This document shows, in pieces, positions 1 through 11,823 of a stretch of DNA of 64,000 nucleotides. The stretch's first letter is position 1. Each line of letters opens with the position of its first letter. Source of the stretch: Histomonas meleagridis 2922-C6/04-290x (taxonomy: Eukaryota; Protista; Parabasalia); NCBI GenBank assembly GCA_020184695.1, contig JAANOX010000002.1, forward strand, positions 186,001-250,000, given 5' to 3'. Made by a program: the position numbers and the translations under genes. Under the pieces are notes generated by a model. It had not been told where the DNA came from. It did no database searches and saw nothing but the letters and a program-made list of their open reading frames with translations.

Positions 1-37
1 TAAACGCATACTTATTTTTATTTATTTCATAACAACA

Positions 38-3000
38 TCAGATTTCAAATGGGTGAAAAACGATTTCACCATTTTCTAACACTATGATGAAACAATTATT
101 TTCATCATTAAATTTCATTCCAACAATTTTACCGAATCCCACAAAAACCTTTTTAAACTGCAAATAAAATGCTTCTGCGACGAATACGTCACCTAATTCA
201 TTACTATATGCCACGTAATCTATTCCATGTTTATCTTTCCATGACATTAAATTAAAAACTTTTTCATTTATTTTTATTTTCCTTACGAACATTCCATTTA
301 TATTAAACAACTTCAAATAAATATTAAATTTATCATTTTCAAACACATTACATAAACAAATTACGAAACCAAAAGATTTTGTAATCAAAATATTATCTAA
401 AAAACAATTTTCATTATCGATGAAATAAAACGAATTATCTTTTTCAAGGTTAAAACGTATTAAGTCACCATTTTCACAACCAATTACACAACAATGGAAT
501 TCATTTGATATAGCGCTACATGTTATATCATCTCTAAAGAAGAATATATTATTAAAGCAATTATTTAAATCATTTATATCATATATATAAATGATTGATT
601 CTTTAGGATAAGTAATTACATATTTATCATTGGAAATTAACACTTTAAAATTATTAAAAATATTTTCATTAATTATTTGTTTCGAAGTTATTTGATTTTG
701 TTCATTAAATTTAAATAATTTTATTTTGTTTTCATTTGTATAAACTTTAATTTCATTTAATTCGTTATTAAAATTAACTTTAATAATTTTCTTGTTCTTA
801 ATTAACTTTAATTGTTTTTTATCAATTTTTATCTTTTTTTTGTTTTTGTTTTGTTGACAATGTTTAACTTGAAATAACATTTGAGGAATTTGTCCATTAT
901 AAATTTGTTTATGTCGAATTAATCTTCGCTCATTAATATCATTCATTCGTTCATCATTCCATACATTAAAATATAACGCGTTATCATAAACATTACGTTT
1001 TTCGATTGACTTTTGATCAACGCCAAATGTCAAATCGATCCAAAGTGGTAAATTCTTTGTTACGTAATCAGACTCAAGTGCTTTTCTCATTATATAAACA
1101 AATTCTATTGGCGAATTTGCCCATTTTGGAATTTGTTCTTTATTTATGAACTCAGGAAAACAATAAAACTCAGGAATTAATTCACTAAAGTTATATAAAT
1201 CAGTAGAAATCGAATAAAACAATTTTTCCATTGTATCGAATTTATATTTATTCTCAGTAAAATGTATTAATGAAAAAGGTTTTATATTCTTTAAATATGT
1301 ATATAATATATTAATAGGTAATAAGCCATAAGACATAAAATAACTATTCGTTGTCGAAAATTTTGTTAATTCATTATAAAATCGATCTAAAATTTTTCCT
1401 CTGTTCGGATTAATTGATCCAATGTTCTTATTAAAATCACGATAAATAGATTCATTATTTAAATCGATCTCTTTGGATGAATAATCAATTAATACCCATG
1501 GAAAGATTGGATATTGCATTGGTGAATTAAAACTTCGACCACTAAATTGATTTAATATTAATAAATAATCGAAATTCGAAATTTTCCCATTTTTCCATAA
1601 ATTTACAAAATGATTTAATTGGAATTTCTTCTTTTGATTTAAGAACTTAAAAATTTTTTTCCGAATATTTTCGGAATAAAATAATAAAAATAAAGTTTTG
1701 CCCGAATTAAATAATATTTCTAATGAAAGTTTACAATGTAAAAATGTTTTCTTACGGACAATGATTATATTTGTTATATAATAATCTTTTCGTTTATTTT
1801 GTTGTTCTTCTGATTTTAATGTTAACTTATTACTCTTTAATTGTAATATATAAGGAATTGATCCTTTCGGAGTAACTTTACAACAATGTATAATTTTATC
1901 ATCATGTTTTATATAATGAATAAATGGTTTCTCATCAGTAAAATGTATATATTTCTTTAGATATTTCGGATTCGTTCGATTCTTTGATATACTTTTTACT
2001 TTATTTTCATTATTAATGTTGATAATGTTCGATTTTTTATATTCATATTTCATTAATAAAGGCATTTGTTGATTACATAATATTGTGTCCCTAATTAAAT
2101 CATGTTTTATTTCATCGGAATAACAAATAAATCCTTTGGATGATATTGATCGATATAAATTATTCCATTTCTTATTATTTTGTTGATTAAATATTAACTT
2201 CTGTTTTGTGATCTTGTTTTGTATGTTTTCACAATTAAATGATGTATTAAATTGATATGTTTGAGGTAAACAATTAGTTAAAAATTCAATTGTTTTATCA
2301 TGTATTGGATATAATTCAGTATAAAAATCTTTGAACGATCGCGTAAACTTTTCAAATCCTTCGAAATTTTTAAAATTATTTTCTTCTTCATTAATATTTA
2401 TATTAATTTCATTTAATTTATTTATTTTTTTAATGTCATTATATAATATGATTAAATATTCATTAATATTTAAATTCATTATATCATTAATAGGAATCTT
2501 TTGTAATAAATTCATGAAAAATGTTTCATCAAATTGTAATATATAATGTAAAATTATTATTAAAAGTGTTAAACTATTTTTTTGATAAATTTTCTTCTCA
2601 ATTAATAATAAACAATATTTTTTAGCTAACTTTAAATCAATCCATTCTTTATTATTATTAATTCTTAGACCAAATTTTAATGTCATTTTAGTTAATTGTA
2701 AAGTTTTTAATTGGTTTAATATATTAATACAATTATCAGTTTCATTAAATGAAATTATATTTTGAATGTTTCTCATTTCAATGTTATTATTAAAAGGAGA
2801 ATTAATGAATTGTTCATATAAACATTCATTATAATATGGGTCAATATGAAAAAATATGAAATGTTTTAATAATGAAATATATTCATTATATTCATTTTCA
2901 GTATAATTTTCATTATTTTTTATTAAGATTTTAGTTAACATTAATAAAAATTCGGTTTTCATTTGATGAGGATTTCGATGATAAGAATTTGATACTATAT

Positions 3001-6000
3001 CCAAAAGTGAATATATTATTAACCATTGATTTTTAATTTTTAGTAAATATTTTAATATATTTTTACGTTCTATTTTAGAAGTCGAATTAATCATTTTAAT
3101 TAATATAAATAATGACCAATAACATTCTTTATATATATTATCTTGAAGTTTAAGTTCATTTATTATTTCATAGATATTATTATCATTCGTTTTCAAAAAA
3201 GTATAAAAACATAAATTATATAAATTATTATTATTACTTTCATTAATTAAATTAATGATATGTTTAAAGAATTTGGTATTAAATGATTCATTAGATATCA
3301 TTGACATTATAATATTTAAATGATTTTCTAATGATATATTAAATAAATTTCGTTTATGTAAATCTAAAACAATATCAATTGCTTTCATAATAACTTTCGA
3401 CGATTTTTTATATGTAAATAATTTATTATATAATGGAACGAGATCATTTTTCTTAGCAATTCGAGGTAAAAACTTTTGGCTATTTAATATATCACATAAT
3501 AATAAACAAATATTAATTTCAGGTACATAAAATATATAATTTAATAATAATAATAAATCATCAAATTTACAATAAATAATTCGTAAAATTTCACATATTA
3601 ATTTCATAAACTCAAATTTTATGTTTGGAATTGTTTGATAAAAGTTCATTATCTCATTTAAAAAAACTTTAAATGAAATCGTTTGATCTAATAAAAGTAA
3701 TTGTTGATAATTAGATAATATGTTTAATATATCATCTTTCCATAAATTAAAATTTAATAATATCGATTGAAACAATTGTGATTTAAGTTCAATGTTTTTA
3801 ATTATTTGAAACATTTCATAAAAATATTTATAAAGATCAAAATCTTTTTTAATGTTTTCAGTATTTAATAGAATAGTTAATATATAATTAAACCCATTAA
3901 TTCTTAAAAAATAATTTTCTGATTCATAATTTACTGAAAATATATTATTTAATATTAAAAAAACACTTTGATAATCAGTTAAAAATAATGGAATTATCGA
4001 TATTAATTGATGTGAAAATATATTAACAAAAGAATTTGTATTTTGTTCATCGAAATTTTTTATGATTTCAATGATTATATTTAAATATTTTTTATTATCA
4101 TTATATTTATATAAATATGAAATTGTATTTAATACAATTTGATTAGATGAAATCGTTTTAGTTATAAGTTTAAATAATATTATTAAACGATTATCATTTT
4201 TTTGTGTTATTCGTTCTAATAAATATTGATCTAATTTACATTTATGACAAGAAATTATATTTTCATGTGAAAATTCACATAATTTTATAATGAAATCAAT
4301 GACTTGCTCAAAAAATTCGGTGTTTTCAAAGATAACAAAAAATAAAATTAAAAAATTTTGTTGTTTTATAATAAATGTTGGCATTGTATAATTTTCGATT
4401 TCATTTCCGGATAAAATTTTCTCAATCGAATCAATCATTTCTTGAGTTGGATTAACTTTTTTACATTCATTTATTAATGTAATTATATCGAAAATAGAGA
4501 ATTTATATTGTGAAGAAAGTAATTCCAAAAATATGAAAATTCGATTAATCGAAAAATGCGCTTTTTGTAAAATCGATGAAATTATCATTTTAGAACTAAA
4601 CATATTAATAGTATCAGTATCAGTACAAATGAAATCGAGCAATTTATTATATAAAATGATAGAATCCTCATTAATTTGCTCAAAGACATTTTTAAAATAT
4701 TTAATAAAAGAAGTCGAATGAATTCTTTCTAAATATTTCTCAATGATTTTTAATACGAAATTTTGTAAATTCTCTTCGAAAAAGAATGAAAATAAACTTC
4801 TTATGAAATATTCGTTGTTAAAAAACATATATAAAATTTCATTATCTTTAAACAAATATGAAATAAAAGAAAATAATTCAATTCGAACATTTTCGACTTC
4901 TTTTTTACCTTCTAAATTTAACTTTTGATAATATAATAAAGAATTAACTATCACAGTAATAAAATCATTTGATTCTAATATAAAAGGTTTTAATTTGTCC
5001 AAATTTTTCATTATTCGTTTCGTTAAGTCAATTAATATTAATGGCGTCGAAATCGATTTCGATATTATATTAATAATTTCTTTTATACCATTTTTCATTA
5101 TGAATTTAAATGAAATTTCTCTTGCTGATTCAATACCAGAAGAAACATTTGTTACATAAGGCGAAAATATGATTTGATTAAATAACACATTCGTTAAATC
5201 GATTTTACAATTATTCATATCAATTTTAGTTATAAATATCAAAAAAACAATGTATAAATTAATAACGTTTTGATCATTCGAATGTTTTTGGATCCATTTA
5301 ATAAATATCTCAATGAAATAATCAATAAAATTCGGATTCTCATTTAATATTTCTGATATTTTATCGATTTTTTCTAATAACTCCGAGTCAATTAAAAAAT
5401 CCAAGTTTATGTTTGTTGAAGTTTTATGATATTTATTAATAATTATTTCATTATTAAATGTTTTTAATTTTTGAAATGTTTTAATCGGTTCAATTGGATA
5501 ATTAATTTGTGGATATATTATGGAATCATTTGTTATGTTTTGCGCAATAAATGGTTCCATGTTTTGTAACGCATCTGCAAATCCATTTCCAATAATTTGT
5601 ATTATAATGACTACAAAATCGGAACTCATTAATTGTATGATTTTACTTAATAAGATAATCGATGGTAAATATAAATTATAGAGATATGGAGATAAGGCGG
5701 AGCCAATGGACACTATTTCGCTTTGTGGAATTTTGTCATATGAATTACAAATGATGGTAGTAAGTGCCTCAAAAAAATTATCTGTATCTTCATATCGAAC
5801 TTCGATAAATCGCTTCATAAATAATGAAAAAACGGAATAATGCTCTTTGTTAATGTCTTTGGTGTTGATAAAAAAGGTTTGAAAAGGTTTAATGATTTTT
5901 GGTAACTCACTAAAATCTTCATATGATAAATAAAATGTTATTGAATAGATAAAGGCATCATTGACTATAGATGAATATTGAGATTGTTGAGCAAATAAAA

Positions 6001-6385
6001 GGGATTTCAAAATTATTTTTATGTACTCAACAGAACCCATCCTTTCACAATATAATATCCACGAAAGAAATGAATGCAATACTATTTGCGATATTATTTC
6101 TATTTCTTTTGGTGTACAATCTTTGATTTTGATTAAAAGTTTTAATGAATTAGGTTGAAATGCATATTTGAATTGGATAGAACTAGGAAGAGAAAAAGAA
6201 CGCGGATTTTTGGCAAAACTTGCTTTGATCGTTTCAATTTGTTTTTGTGAATAATTTGGAAATTGATTTGACTGATAAAAAGTTATTATTTCTTGCTTCT
6301 TAGTGAGCTTTTTGATATTGCTTATAGGTTTAATCTGTAAAATTGCAAGAAATGGTTCCTTTGAAAGGGCAAAAGCAAGGTTCAT
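38..6385 (-). CDS. BEACH-domain protein (PH-BEACH-WD40-like C-terminus)
   Basis: 2115-aa ORF with BEACH motifs ISNFDYLLILNQFSGRSFN, QYPIFPWVL, ELIPEFY, WIDLTFG, GQIPQMLF, followed by a beta-rich WD-like tail. Confidence 0.88.
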   Translation of the reverse strand: MNLAFALSKEPFLAILQIKPISNIKKLTKKQEIITFYQSNQFPNYSQKQIETIKASFAKNPRSFSLPSSIQFKYAFQPNSLKLLIKIKDCTPKEIEIISQIVLHSFLSWILYCERMGSVEYIKIILKSLLFAQQSQYSSIVNDAFIYSITFYLSYEDFSELPKIIKPFQTFFINTKDINKEHYSVFSLFMKRFIEVRYEDTDNFFEALTTIICNSYDKIPQSEIVSIGSALSPYLYNLYLPSIILLSKIIQLMSSDFVVIIIQIIGNGFADALQNMEPFIAQNITNDSIIYPQINYPIEPIKTFQKLKTFNNEIIINKYHKTSTNINLDFLIDSELLEKIDKISEILNENPNFIDYFIEIFIKWIQKHSNDQNVINLYIVFLIFITKIDMNNCKIDLTNVLFNQIIFSPYVTNVSSGIESAREISFKFIMKNGIKEIINIISKSISTPLILIDLTKRIMKNLDKLKPFILESNDFITVIVNSLLYYQKLNLEGKKEVENVRIELFSFISYLFKDNEILYMFFNNEYFIRSLFSFFFEENLQNFVLKIIEKYLERIHSTSFIKYFKNVFEQINEDSIILYNKLLDFICTDTDTINMFSSKMIISSILQKAHFSINRIFIFLELLSSQYKFSIFDIITLINECKKVNPTQEMIDSIEKILSGNEIENYTMPTFIIKQQNFLILFFVIFENTEFFEQVIDFIIKLCEFSHENIISCHKCKLDQYLLERITQKNDNRLIILFKLITKTISSNQIVLNTISYLYKYNDNKKYLNIIIEIIKNFDEQNTNSFVNIFSHQLISIIPLFLTDYQSVFLILNNIFSVNYESENYFLRINGFNYILTILLNTENIKKDFDLYKYFYEMFQIIKNIELKSQLFQSILLNFNLWKDDILNILSNYQQLLLLDQTISFKVFLNEIMNFYQTIPNIKFEFMKLICEILRIIYCKFDDLLLLLNYIFYVPEINICLLLCDILNSQKFLPRIAKKNDLVPLYNKLFTYKKSSKVIMKAIDIVLDLHKRNLFNISLENHLNIIMSMISNESFNTKFFKHIINLINESNNNNLYNLCFYTFLKTNDNNIYEIINELKLQDNIYKECYWSLFILIKMINSTSKIERKNILKYLLKIKNQWLIIYSLLDIVSNSYHRNPHQMKTEFLLMLTKILIKNNENYTENEYNEYISLLKHFIFFHIDPYYNECLYEQFINSPFNNNIEMRNIQNIISFNETDNCINILNQLKTLQLTKMTLKFGLRINNNKEWIDLKLAKKYCLLLIEKKIYQKNSLTLLIIILHYILQFDETFFMNLLQKIPINDIMNLNINEYLIILYNDIKKINKLNEINININEEENNFKNFEGFEKFTRSFKDFYTELYPIHDKTIEFLTNCLPQTYQFNTSFNCENIQNKITKQKLIFNQQNNKKWNNLYRSISSKGFICYSDEIKHDLIRDTILCNQQMPLLMKYEYKKSNIININNENKVKSISKNRTNPKYLKKYIHFTDEKPFIHYIKHDDKIIHCCKVTPKGSIPYILQLKSNKLTLKSEEQQNKRKDYYITNIIIVRKKTFLHCKLSLEILFNSGKTLFLLFYSENIRKKIFKFLNQKKKFQLNHFVNLWKNGKISNFDYLLILNQFSGRSFNSPMQYPIFPWVLIDYSSKEIDLNNESIYRDFNKNIGSINPNRGKILDRFYNELTKFSTTNSYFMSYGLLPINILYTYLKNIKPFSLIHFTENKYKFDTMEKLFYSISTDLYNFSELIPEFYCFPEFINKEQIPKWANSPIEFVYIMRKALESDYVTKNLPLWIDLTFGVDQKSIEKRNVYDNALYFNVWNDERMNDINERRLIRHKQIYNGQIPQMLFQVKHCQQNKNKKKIKIDKKQLKLIKNKKIIKVNFNNELNEIKVYTNENKIKLFKFNEQNQITSKQIINENIFNNFKVLISNDKYVITYPKESIIYIYDINDLNNCFNNIFFFRDDITCSAISNEFHCCVIGCENGDLIRFNLEKDNSFYFIDNENCFLDNILITKSFGFVICLCNVFENDKFNIYLKLFNINGMFVRKIKINEKVFNLMSWKDKHGIDYVAYSNELGDVFVAEAFYLQFKKVFVGFGKIVGMKFNDENNCFIIVLENGEIVFHPFEI

Positions 6386-6636
6386 CCGTCCTTTGGACCG
6401 TTAATTGTGAAGTGATATAAAAATGACGATAGCCAAAAAATTAATAAAGCACATTGAAAATAATGAAACGAGGGGTGTGAATATCTGTAAGCAATAGATG
6501 TCGTTTTACTCCATTATTTTTCAAGTAATTTTTTCAAAAAGTATGTCATATTAAGTCAGTTATGGCAAAAAAAATTTTGTCTTACAACAATTTGTACAGA
6601 ATCAAAATTAAAACTTAATTTCATATATTAAATTCA

Positions 6637-6637
<1 letters not shown>

Positions 6638-6664
<27 letters not shown>
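6638..6664. repeat. (TA)n microsatellite
   Basis: Pure TA run; a second run lies at about 15983-16005. Confidence 0.9.
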
Positions 6665-6667
<3 letters not shown>

Positions 6668-6994
6668 GAATTCGATCAAAATGAATTAAAAGTAATTAAT
6701 TGCTCATTACATATAAAAGTTTTCATATATTAAGTTGAGTTTTTTTTCTAAATTACTTTTTCATGTTTGAATCACCTAATCAAATAGAAATATGCTTTTT
6801 TTTGAATTAAAAGTTTGCTTTTCTCATAAAGTTACTATTTTTAACAATATTTAAAAGAATTATTATCTATTTGGGTCGACAAAATTCGAAAATGAGCCAT
6901 TCCTCACTTCAAAAATGAATTCAATAATAAAAAGATCATTTTTCACTGAAAAATATCGGTTATATTGAAAAGTCTATCGTCTAATATACTTTAT

Positions 6995-7795
6995 TTACAG
7001 GAAATATATTTCGTCTGTATTCCAAATGACGCCTGGCCAAGCGAAATCTGTTGCTTTCTTCTGAGTTGGGAGAAGCCTTTCTTTCCAAGTATTTCCAAAT
7101 GTTGAAAATAGGATGGAAAGTTTTTCGAGGCTAAATCTTCCTTTCACTTTTTGCACAATTGAAATATTTTGAGCTGAACCAATAAAGAAACTTAACCCTG
7201 CGAAGAACATTGCCCCCCCAAACATGAGAGAATAAATCAGCATCATAAGCGGCAAAATTTGACGGGGAAATTTGTATCTTGTGCATGTCGCTAAAGATGC
7301 TGGAAAAAGTGAAAAACAATAAATAGAACCATAAAAAAAGTTCAAAATAAATGCCTTAAAGTTCTTGTCTGCAATGCATTGTCCAGTAACACCGCAATGA
7401 TGATCATATCTTAAATGACATGCTTGACATATCTCACAGTGGTGTGATAATGGTGGAGCAGGTAGATTACAAACAGGACAAAGCGGAACTCTACGTAAGC
7501 AATCTGGAATGTCTCCTTGAAGAATTTCTCTAAGGACGCCTCTTGAAGCAAGATCATCATATGTGCGACCTGGATCTCCAAGAACTGTAACCCCCCAACA
7601 CCACAACCACATTGCATATGAAAAAATTGTAAAAATTGCATTGAAAATAAAGAGTGGATAATATGGTGAATTTTGAAATAGATACGGAAAGAAACAAATC
7701 ATATTAGGTACTAACAAAAAGAGTGATAATAATAACATGAATGCAGGTGGAAAAAATCGTATGCAGCCTTGAACAAGGCGCTGGATTGACGGCAT
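6995..7795 (-). CDS. DHHC palmitoyl S-acyltransferase
   Basis: Cys-rich domain CPVC...HHCEICQACHLRYDHHCGVTGQCI flanked by transmembrane segments. Confidence 0.92.
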   Translation of the reverse strand: MPSIQRLVQGCIRFFPPAFMLLLSLFLLVPNMICFFPYLFQNSPYYPLFIFNAIFTIFSYAMWLWCWGVTVLGDPGRTYDDLASRGVLREILQGDIPDCLRRVPLCPVCNLPAPPLSHHCEICQACHLRYDHHCGVTGQCIADKNFKAFILNFFYGSIYCFSLFPASLATCTRYKFPRQILPLMMLIYSLMFGGAMFFAGLSFFIGSAQNISIVQKVKGRFSLEKLSILFSTFGNTWKERLLPTQKKATDFAWPGVIWNTDEIYFL

Positions 7796-8495
7796 AAGAT
7801 ATGTTATGTGAAATTCGATAGAAATTTGGGGTGCTCTTTGATGTGCCCAGAATTTTTAAATTAATAAAAATGGGGAACCGTTTTTAGCTACAGACAAACC
7901 TTGTCGATTGCACTTGAAATTAATAATGAATTGGATTCCAATTATAAAATAAAAAATTATCACTGGTAAGTTTAATAGTTAATTCAACTGATCATTACTT
8001 ATTTTCATTCAAATCAAAAATGATTTCTTCAAGTGATTCCACTATTTACACAAATTGGCATGAAAAATCTTGATCTGATGGAAGTATGTGCGTTTCGCTT
8101 TGTGTATTTCCATGAGAAGGAATTTCTATAATAAATGATAATAAAGAAAAAAAGTTTAATGCTCAATAAGGCCACTTTTTATTATATAACCGTCAAAATA
8201 CACTGAAATGGTAGTCACTTTTTTATAAATAAAAATATTAATATCAAAATACAAAAATGCTGTCCCAATTTAAGTTTAACATAAAAATGGGTTTCACAGG
8301 TAAAAAATGGTTGTTTTGAAATGAACTCTAATTTTAATCAAGTGAAAATTAAAAATTGATTAAAATAATAAAGTGTGCTTTTCATATTAAACTGTATCAT
8401 TTTTATTCGAAAGAATTTATTTATCAAATTATATGTGAAATAAGCGGATGAACAAAATTTTTAAAATATGTTTTAAGGCTCAACAATTGCATTTT

Positions 8496-8738
8496 TTAGT
8501 TTCCTGTTTCGTCGTTAAATCTCAGCTGTTGGTTGGTTCGAAACATAGATTTGATTGACAAATTGAGCAGCTGATCGAATAACTCTTTAATTCCGGTTCA
8601 TTTACTTGATGACGTAAAAGCATGAAGCTTTGCACCAAACCTATTTATCATTTCTGCAGTCCTTTCAGTATTAATTAGGACGTAGCTTCCTTTGAATTCA
8701 GTATACGCTTTGAGATTTTGCATAAAAGTGAAAAACAT
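8496..8738 (-). pseudogene. Possible remnant of a Ras-superfamily GTPase C-terminal half
   Basis: Hand translation gives ...AEMINRFGAKLHAFTSSSK*TGIKELFDQLLNL..., resembling the G5/helix-5 region, with an internal TGA at 8598-8600. Confidence 0.4.
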
Positions 8739-8916
8739 GAACAATATATTAGATTTATTAATAAATTAATGTTATATTTGTATTTTAAAAAATATATAAA
8801 GTTTTAGTATTTGATCAATTGATTGTTCTTCATCTTAATTTTAAGGATTACATTCTGAACACAACTTTAAAATTTATAAAGATTTTAAAAAAGTTCACAA
8901 TCGAAATCCCAATTTT

Positions 8917-11343
8917 TTATAATTTAATAATTTGTTTTTCCGCATTTATAAAGATTCTTAGAGCTTCATGATGTTTCTCTGTTAATAATTGAATTGTTGG
9001 ATCGATAGATAAAATGAAATGACTAACATATTGAAGTAACAATGATAAATCCGGCAATTTTGCTTTTAACAAAAGGTATATTACCAAAGCGAAGAACTCG
9101 TCGTTATTCGGAGGTGAATTCCCTTTTTCAATTGCATAAACTTCTCTTAACATATCCAAACAATTCACGAAAATTTCTAAACGTTCCAGGGGCACCCCGA
9201 CGCTCATACCTCTCAATTCGAAAACCGTCGCATCAAAACAATTTGATACGGAAAATAATCTTTTTAAGATTGGCGATTCTTGTCTTTCTACGAATCGATT
9301 TAGCTTCTCATCGTAAGCATTTGATATCTCGGCATCCTTAGCTACTAAGTTAGGGAAACATTCCTTAAAATCTTGATAAGAAAGATTTGATAAGAAATAA
9401 CTATGAAGTTGTCTTGACATATCTGATAAGCTTTGAACTTCCACATCATTAACCTTAAAGAATTGGATCATTTCGACATTAATTTTTTCGAAGAATTGTA
9501 CCCATTCATCCGATCTCGAATTAAACAAATTCGTTTTATTTTCGAATTCAGTTTGAATTTGTTTATTTTTAGCCAAGAAATACTTCAAAATACTTTGTTG
9601 AGCAATTGGATCTAATTGTTTTGCAACGACTTGAATTGATTCCAAATCCGATGACAAATGGTAATGAATTTGTTGTTGTTGGAAAGACACTAATAATCTC
9701 TTTTTACAATTTGTATGTTCATTATTTAATATGTCGACAATTCTTTGAAGGATTTGTTGTTCATCGAATTGTTTTGATTGGAAAATGATTGCATCAGTTT
9801 TCGTAATTAATTCCAAATCATTCATTTCTTGTGCCTTTGTTTTGGTATAACTTAAGAAGCTCTTTAAATTATTTTGACCTGAGCAAGGAATTGAAGACAA
9901 ATAATTAATTAACAATGAAACAAAATTCGACATATTATCATTGATCGGTGTATCCGCATAATTATTAAATATCGGCAAAAGTATTTCCATGTTTTTATCG
10001 ATTGTCGATTTGATTATTTGATTAAATCGTGGCATCTTAAATGAAGAAAACCAAAAGTCCAAAAGTTTATCTGAATCTAAACTCGATGGGAAATTCAATA
10101 GTTGTAACAATTCATTCTTTTCATTCTGATCGTTGTCTATCAAATTAATTCCTTCGTTAACAATTTTCTGTATTAATAACGCATCATTTACAGAATACAT
10201 GATGAAATGTGAGTTGAAATCAAAGTATTTATGAATACTTTCTAACGTAATTCCTTCAAATGTCACGTCGACCGTTACGAGCTTTTCTAAGACAACTCGA
10301 GTTTTCAATGAGTTAAATTCCGGTAAATTTTCATTGAATTGCCTTTCTAAGTCATCCTGTGAAATTCCCCCCTTAAGTGACCACTTAAAAATTCGAGTCA
10401 AATTTGACAGGTGAACTGACCGTAAATCAAATGCTGTATCGGGAATTAAGCCAAAAAGTTTGGGGTTAAATAACGCTGGCAAAATTAACGAATCGTAAAA
10501 TAAGTATTCAATTAATTGATAAGCTTCGTCAGGTATAAGTGAACTCGAGATTTCGTACGACCGTTTAAAGAAGTATTTCAAATGTGGAGGCAAATATTTG
10601 ATGCCGGTGATAATACTTTCGACCATTTCAGTAACAATGCCAATCAAATGTTTGTAATACTGTATAGACTGTTCGGGTAACGATGATAAAAAAAAATCGT
10701 TCTCAAGAAAATGATTCATACACTTTCGTAACGAATGCTTAAGGAAGATTCGGGCATCTAAGATATGAAGATACTGACGAACAACATCGATAAGGAAATT
10801 GTTCCAAAAGAAACTCGATGAAATTGAGTTTGTGACTTTTATCTGATATTCAATAATGGATAGAACGGCATCTGTGTATGCAAGCTTTTGATCAATGCAC
10901 CATCCATAACCAAATAACGCTGGTAATGATGAGGAGGCAAAAAAGGAATATTCGGAACTCGATGGAACAAATGCCGACGGAATAACTTTCGGTTTACGGA
11001 AATAATGAACAGCGCATTTTAATATAACCGGAAGAAACCGGTCGTAGTTCTTCATGAAGTTGTTGATTTTAAGTGCGAAATCTGTTGGTATTTGAAGCGA
11101 TGTAGGAGATTCGGCAATTTTCCTCGTCTCGAGTTGACTTAGCGAAGAAGAAAGTGCCTGAACAGAGGCGTCAGGAATACGGGTGAGAGAAAACCATGTA
11201 AGTGAAAATTTCCGATATGAGGAAATTGTCTTCTTGATTAACGAAATAATTCGCGACTTTTGGTGCTGTATTTCTACTTTGAGCATTTCATCGAATTTGT
11301 TCTCTTGGATTATTTGTTCATGAACGGAATCGAATGAAATCAT
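8917..11343 (-). CDS. RasGAP-like plus VPS9 domain protein (GAPVD1/RME-6-like architecture)
   Basis: ILPALFNPKLFGL (RasGAP-like) in the middle; DEFFALVIYLLLKAKLPDL..LQYVSHF (VPS9) at the C-terminus. Confidence 0.75.
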   Translation of the reverse strand: MISFDSVHEQIIQENKFDEMLKVEIQHQKSRIISLIKKTISSYRKFSLTWFSLTRIPDASVQALSSSLSQLETRKIAESPTSLQIPTDFALKINNFMKNYDRFLPVILKCAVHYFRKPKVIPSAFVPSSSEYSFFASSSLPALFGYGWCIDQKLAYTDAVLSIIEYQIKVTNSISSSFFWNNFLIDVVRQYLHILDARIFLKHSLRKCMNHFLENDFFLSSLPEQSIQYYKHLIGIVTEMVESIITGIKYLPPHLKYFFKRSYEISSSLIPDEAYQLIEYLFYDSLILPALFNPKLFGLIPDTAFDLRSVHLSNLTRIFKWSLKGGISQDDLERQFNENLPEFNSLKTRVVLEKLVTVDVTFEGITLESIHKYFDFNSHFIMYSVNDALLIQKIVNEGINLIDNDQNEKNELLQLLNFPSSLDSDKLLDFWFSSFKMPRFNQIIKSTIDKNMEILLPIFNNYADTPINDNMSNFVSLLINYLSSIPCSGQNNLKSFLSYTKTKAQEMNDLELITKTDAIIFQSKQFDEQQILQRIVDILNNEHTNCKKRLLVSFQQQQIHYHLSSDLESIQVVAKQLDPIAQQSILKYFLAKNKQIQTEFENKTNLFNSRSDEWVQFFEKINVEMIQFFKVNDVEVQSLSDMSRQLHSYFLSNLSYQDFKECFPNLVAKDAEISNAYDEKLNRFVERQESPILKRLFSVSNCFDATVFELRGMSVGVPLERLEIFVNCLDMLREVYAIEKGNSPPNNDEFFALVIYLLLKAKLPDLSLLLQYVSHFILSIDPTIQLLTEKHHEALRIFINAEKQIIKL

Positions 11344-11569
11344 AAAGATACTATTTACCCATCAAAGGGTAAATAAACCGATTACTGGTGACCGTTATCA
11401 ACAAAAATAATTGTCACTTCAAATCAAAATTTTCTTTAGTAAATATCTAATAAAATGAATTTTAATGATTGTTATTAAAAGCATTAAATTTTTCATTGTT
11501 TTTGATCAAATGACTGAAATGAAATATAAAATTACATTTTCAAATTATGAACAGAAAGTTTAATTTGTG

Positions 11570-11660
11570 TTGTCAAACTTGCGAAATAACTTCATCTATA
11601 AGATCTTATTAGTCAAAATTTATTTTATGGATTTTCTCAACATGCACTTTATTTTCTTCA
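11570..11660 (+). repeat. 91-bp intergenic copy of an internal piece of the ankyrin gene at 14105-14195
   Basis: Ungapped high-identity direct match (e.g. AAGATCTTATT..GTC.AAATTTATTTTATGG.TTTTCTCAACATGCACTTTATTTT). Confidence 0.85.
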
Positions 11661-11823
11661 TTCAGATAAACAATAGGATGAAAATTGTACGTTAAAATTC
11701 ATTTTTCTTCTTATTTCTGCTTATTAAACACAAAACAAACAATTCATATAAATTGCGCTGTTCTGTATATAATCAAAAAAAAATTATTTGAATTTAACTT
11801 ATAATTTATTACATTTTGTTCAT

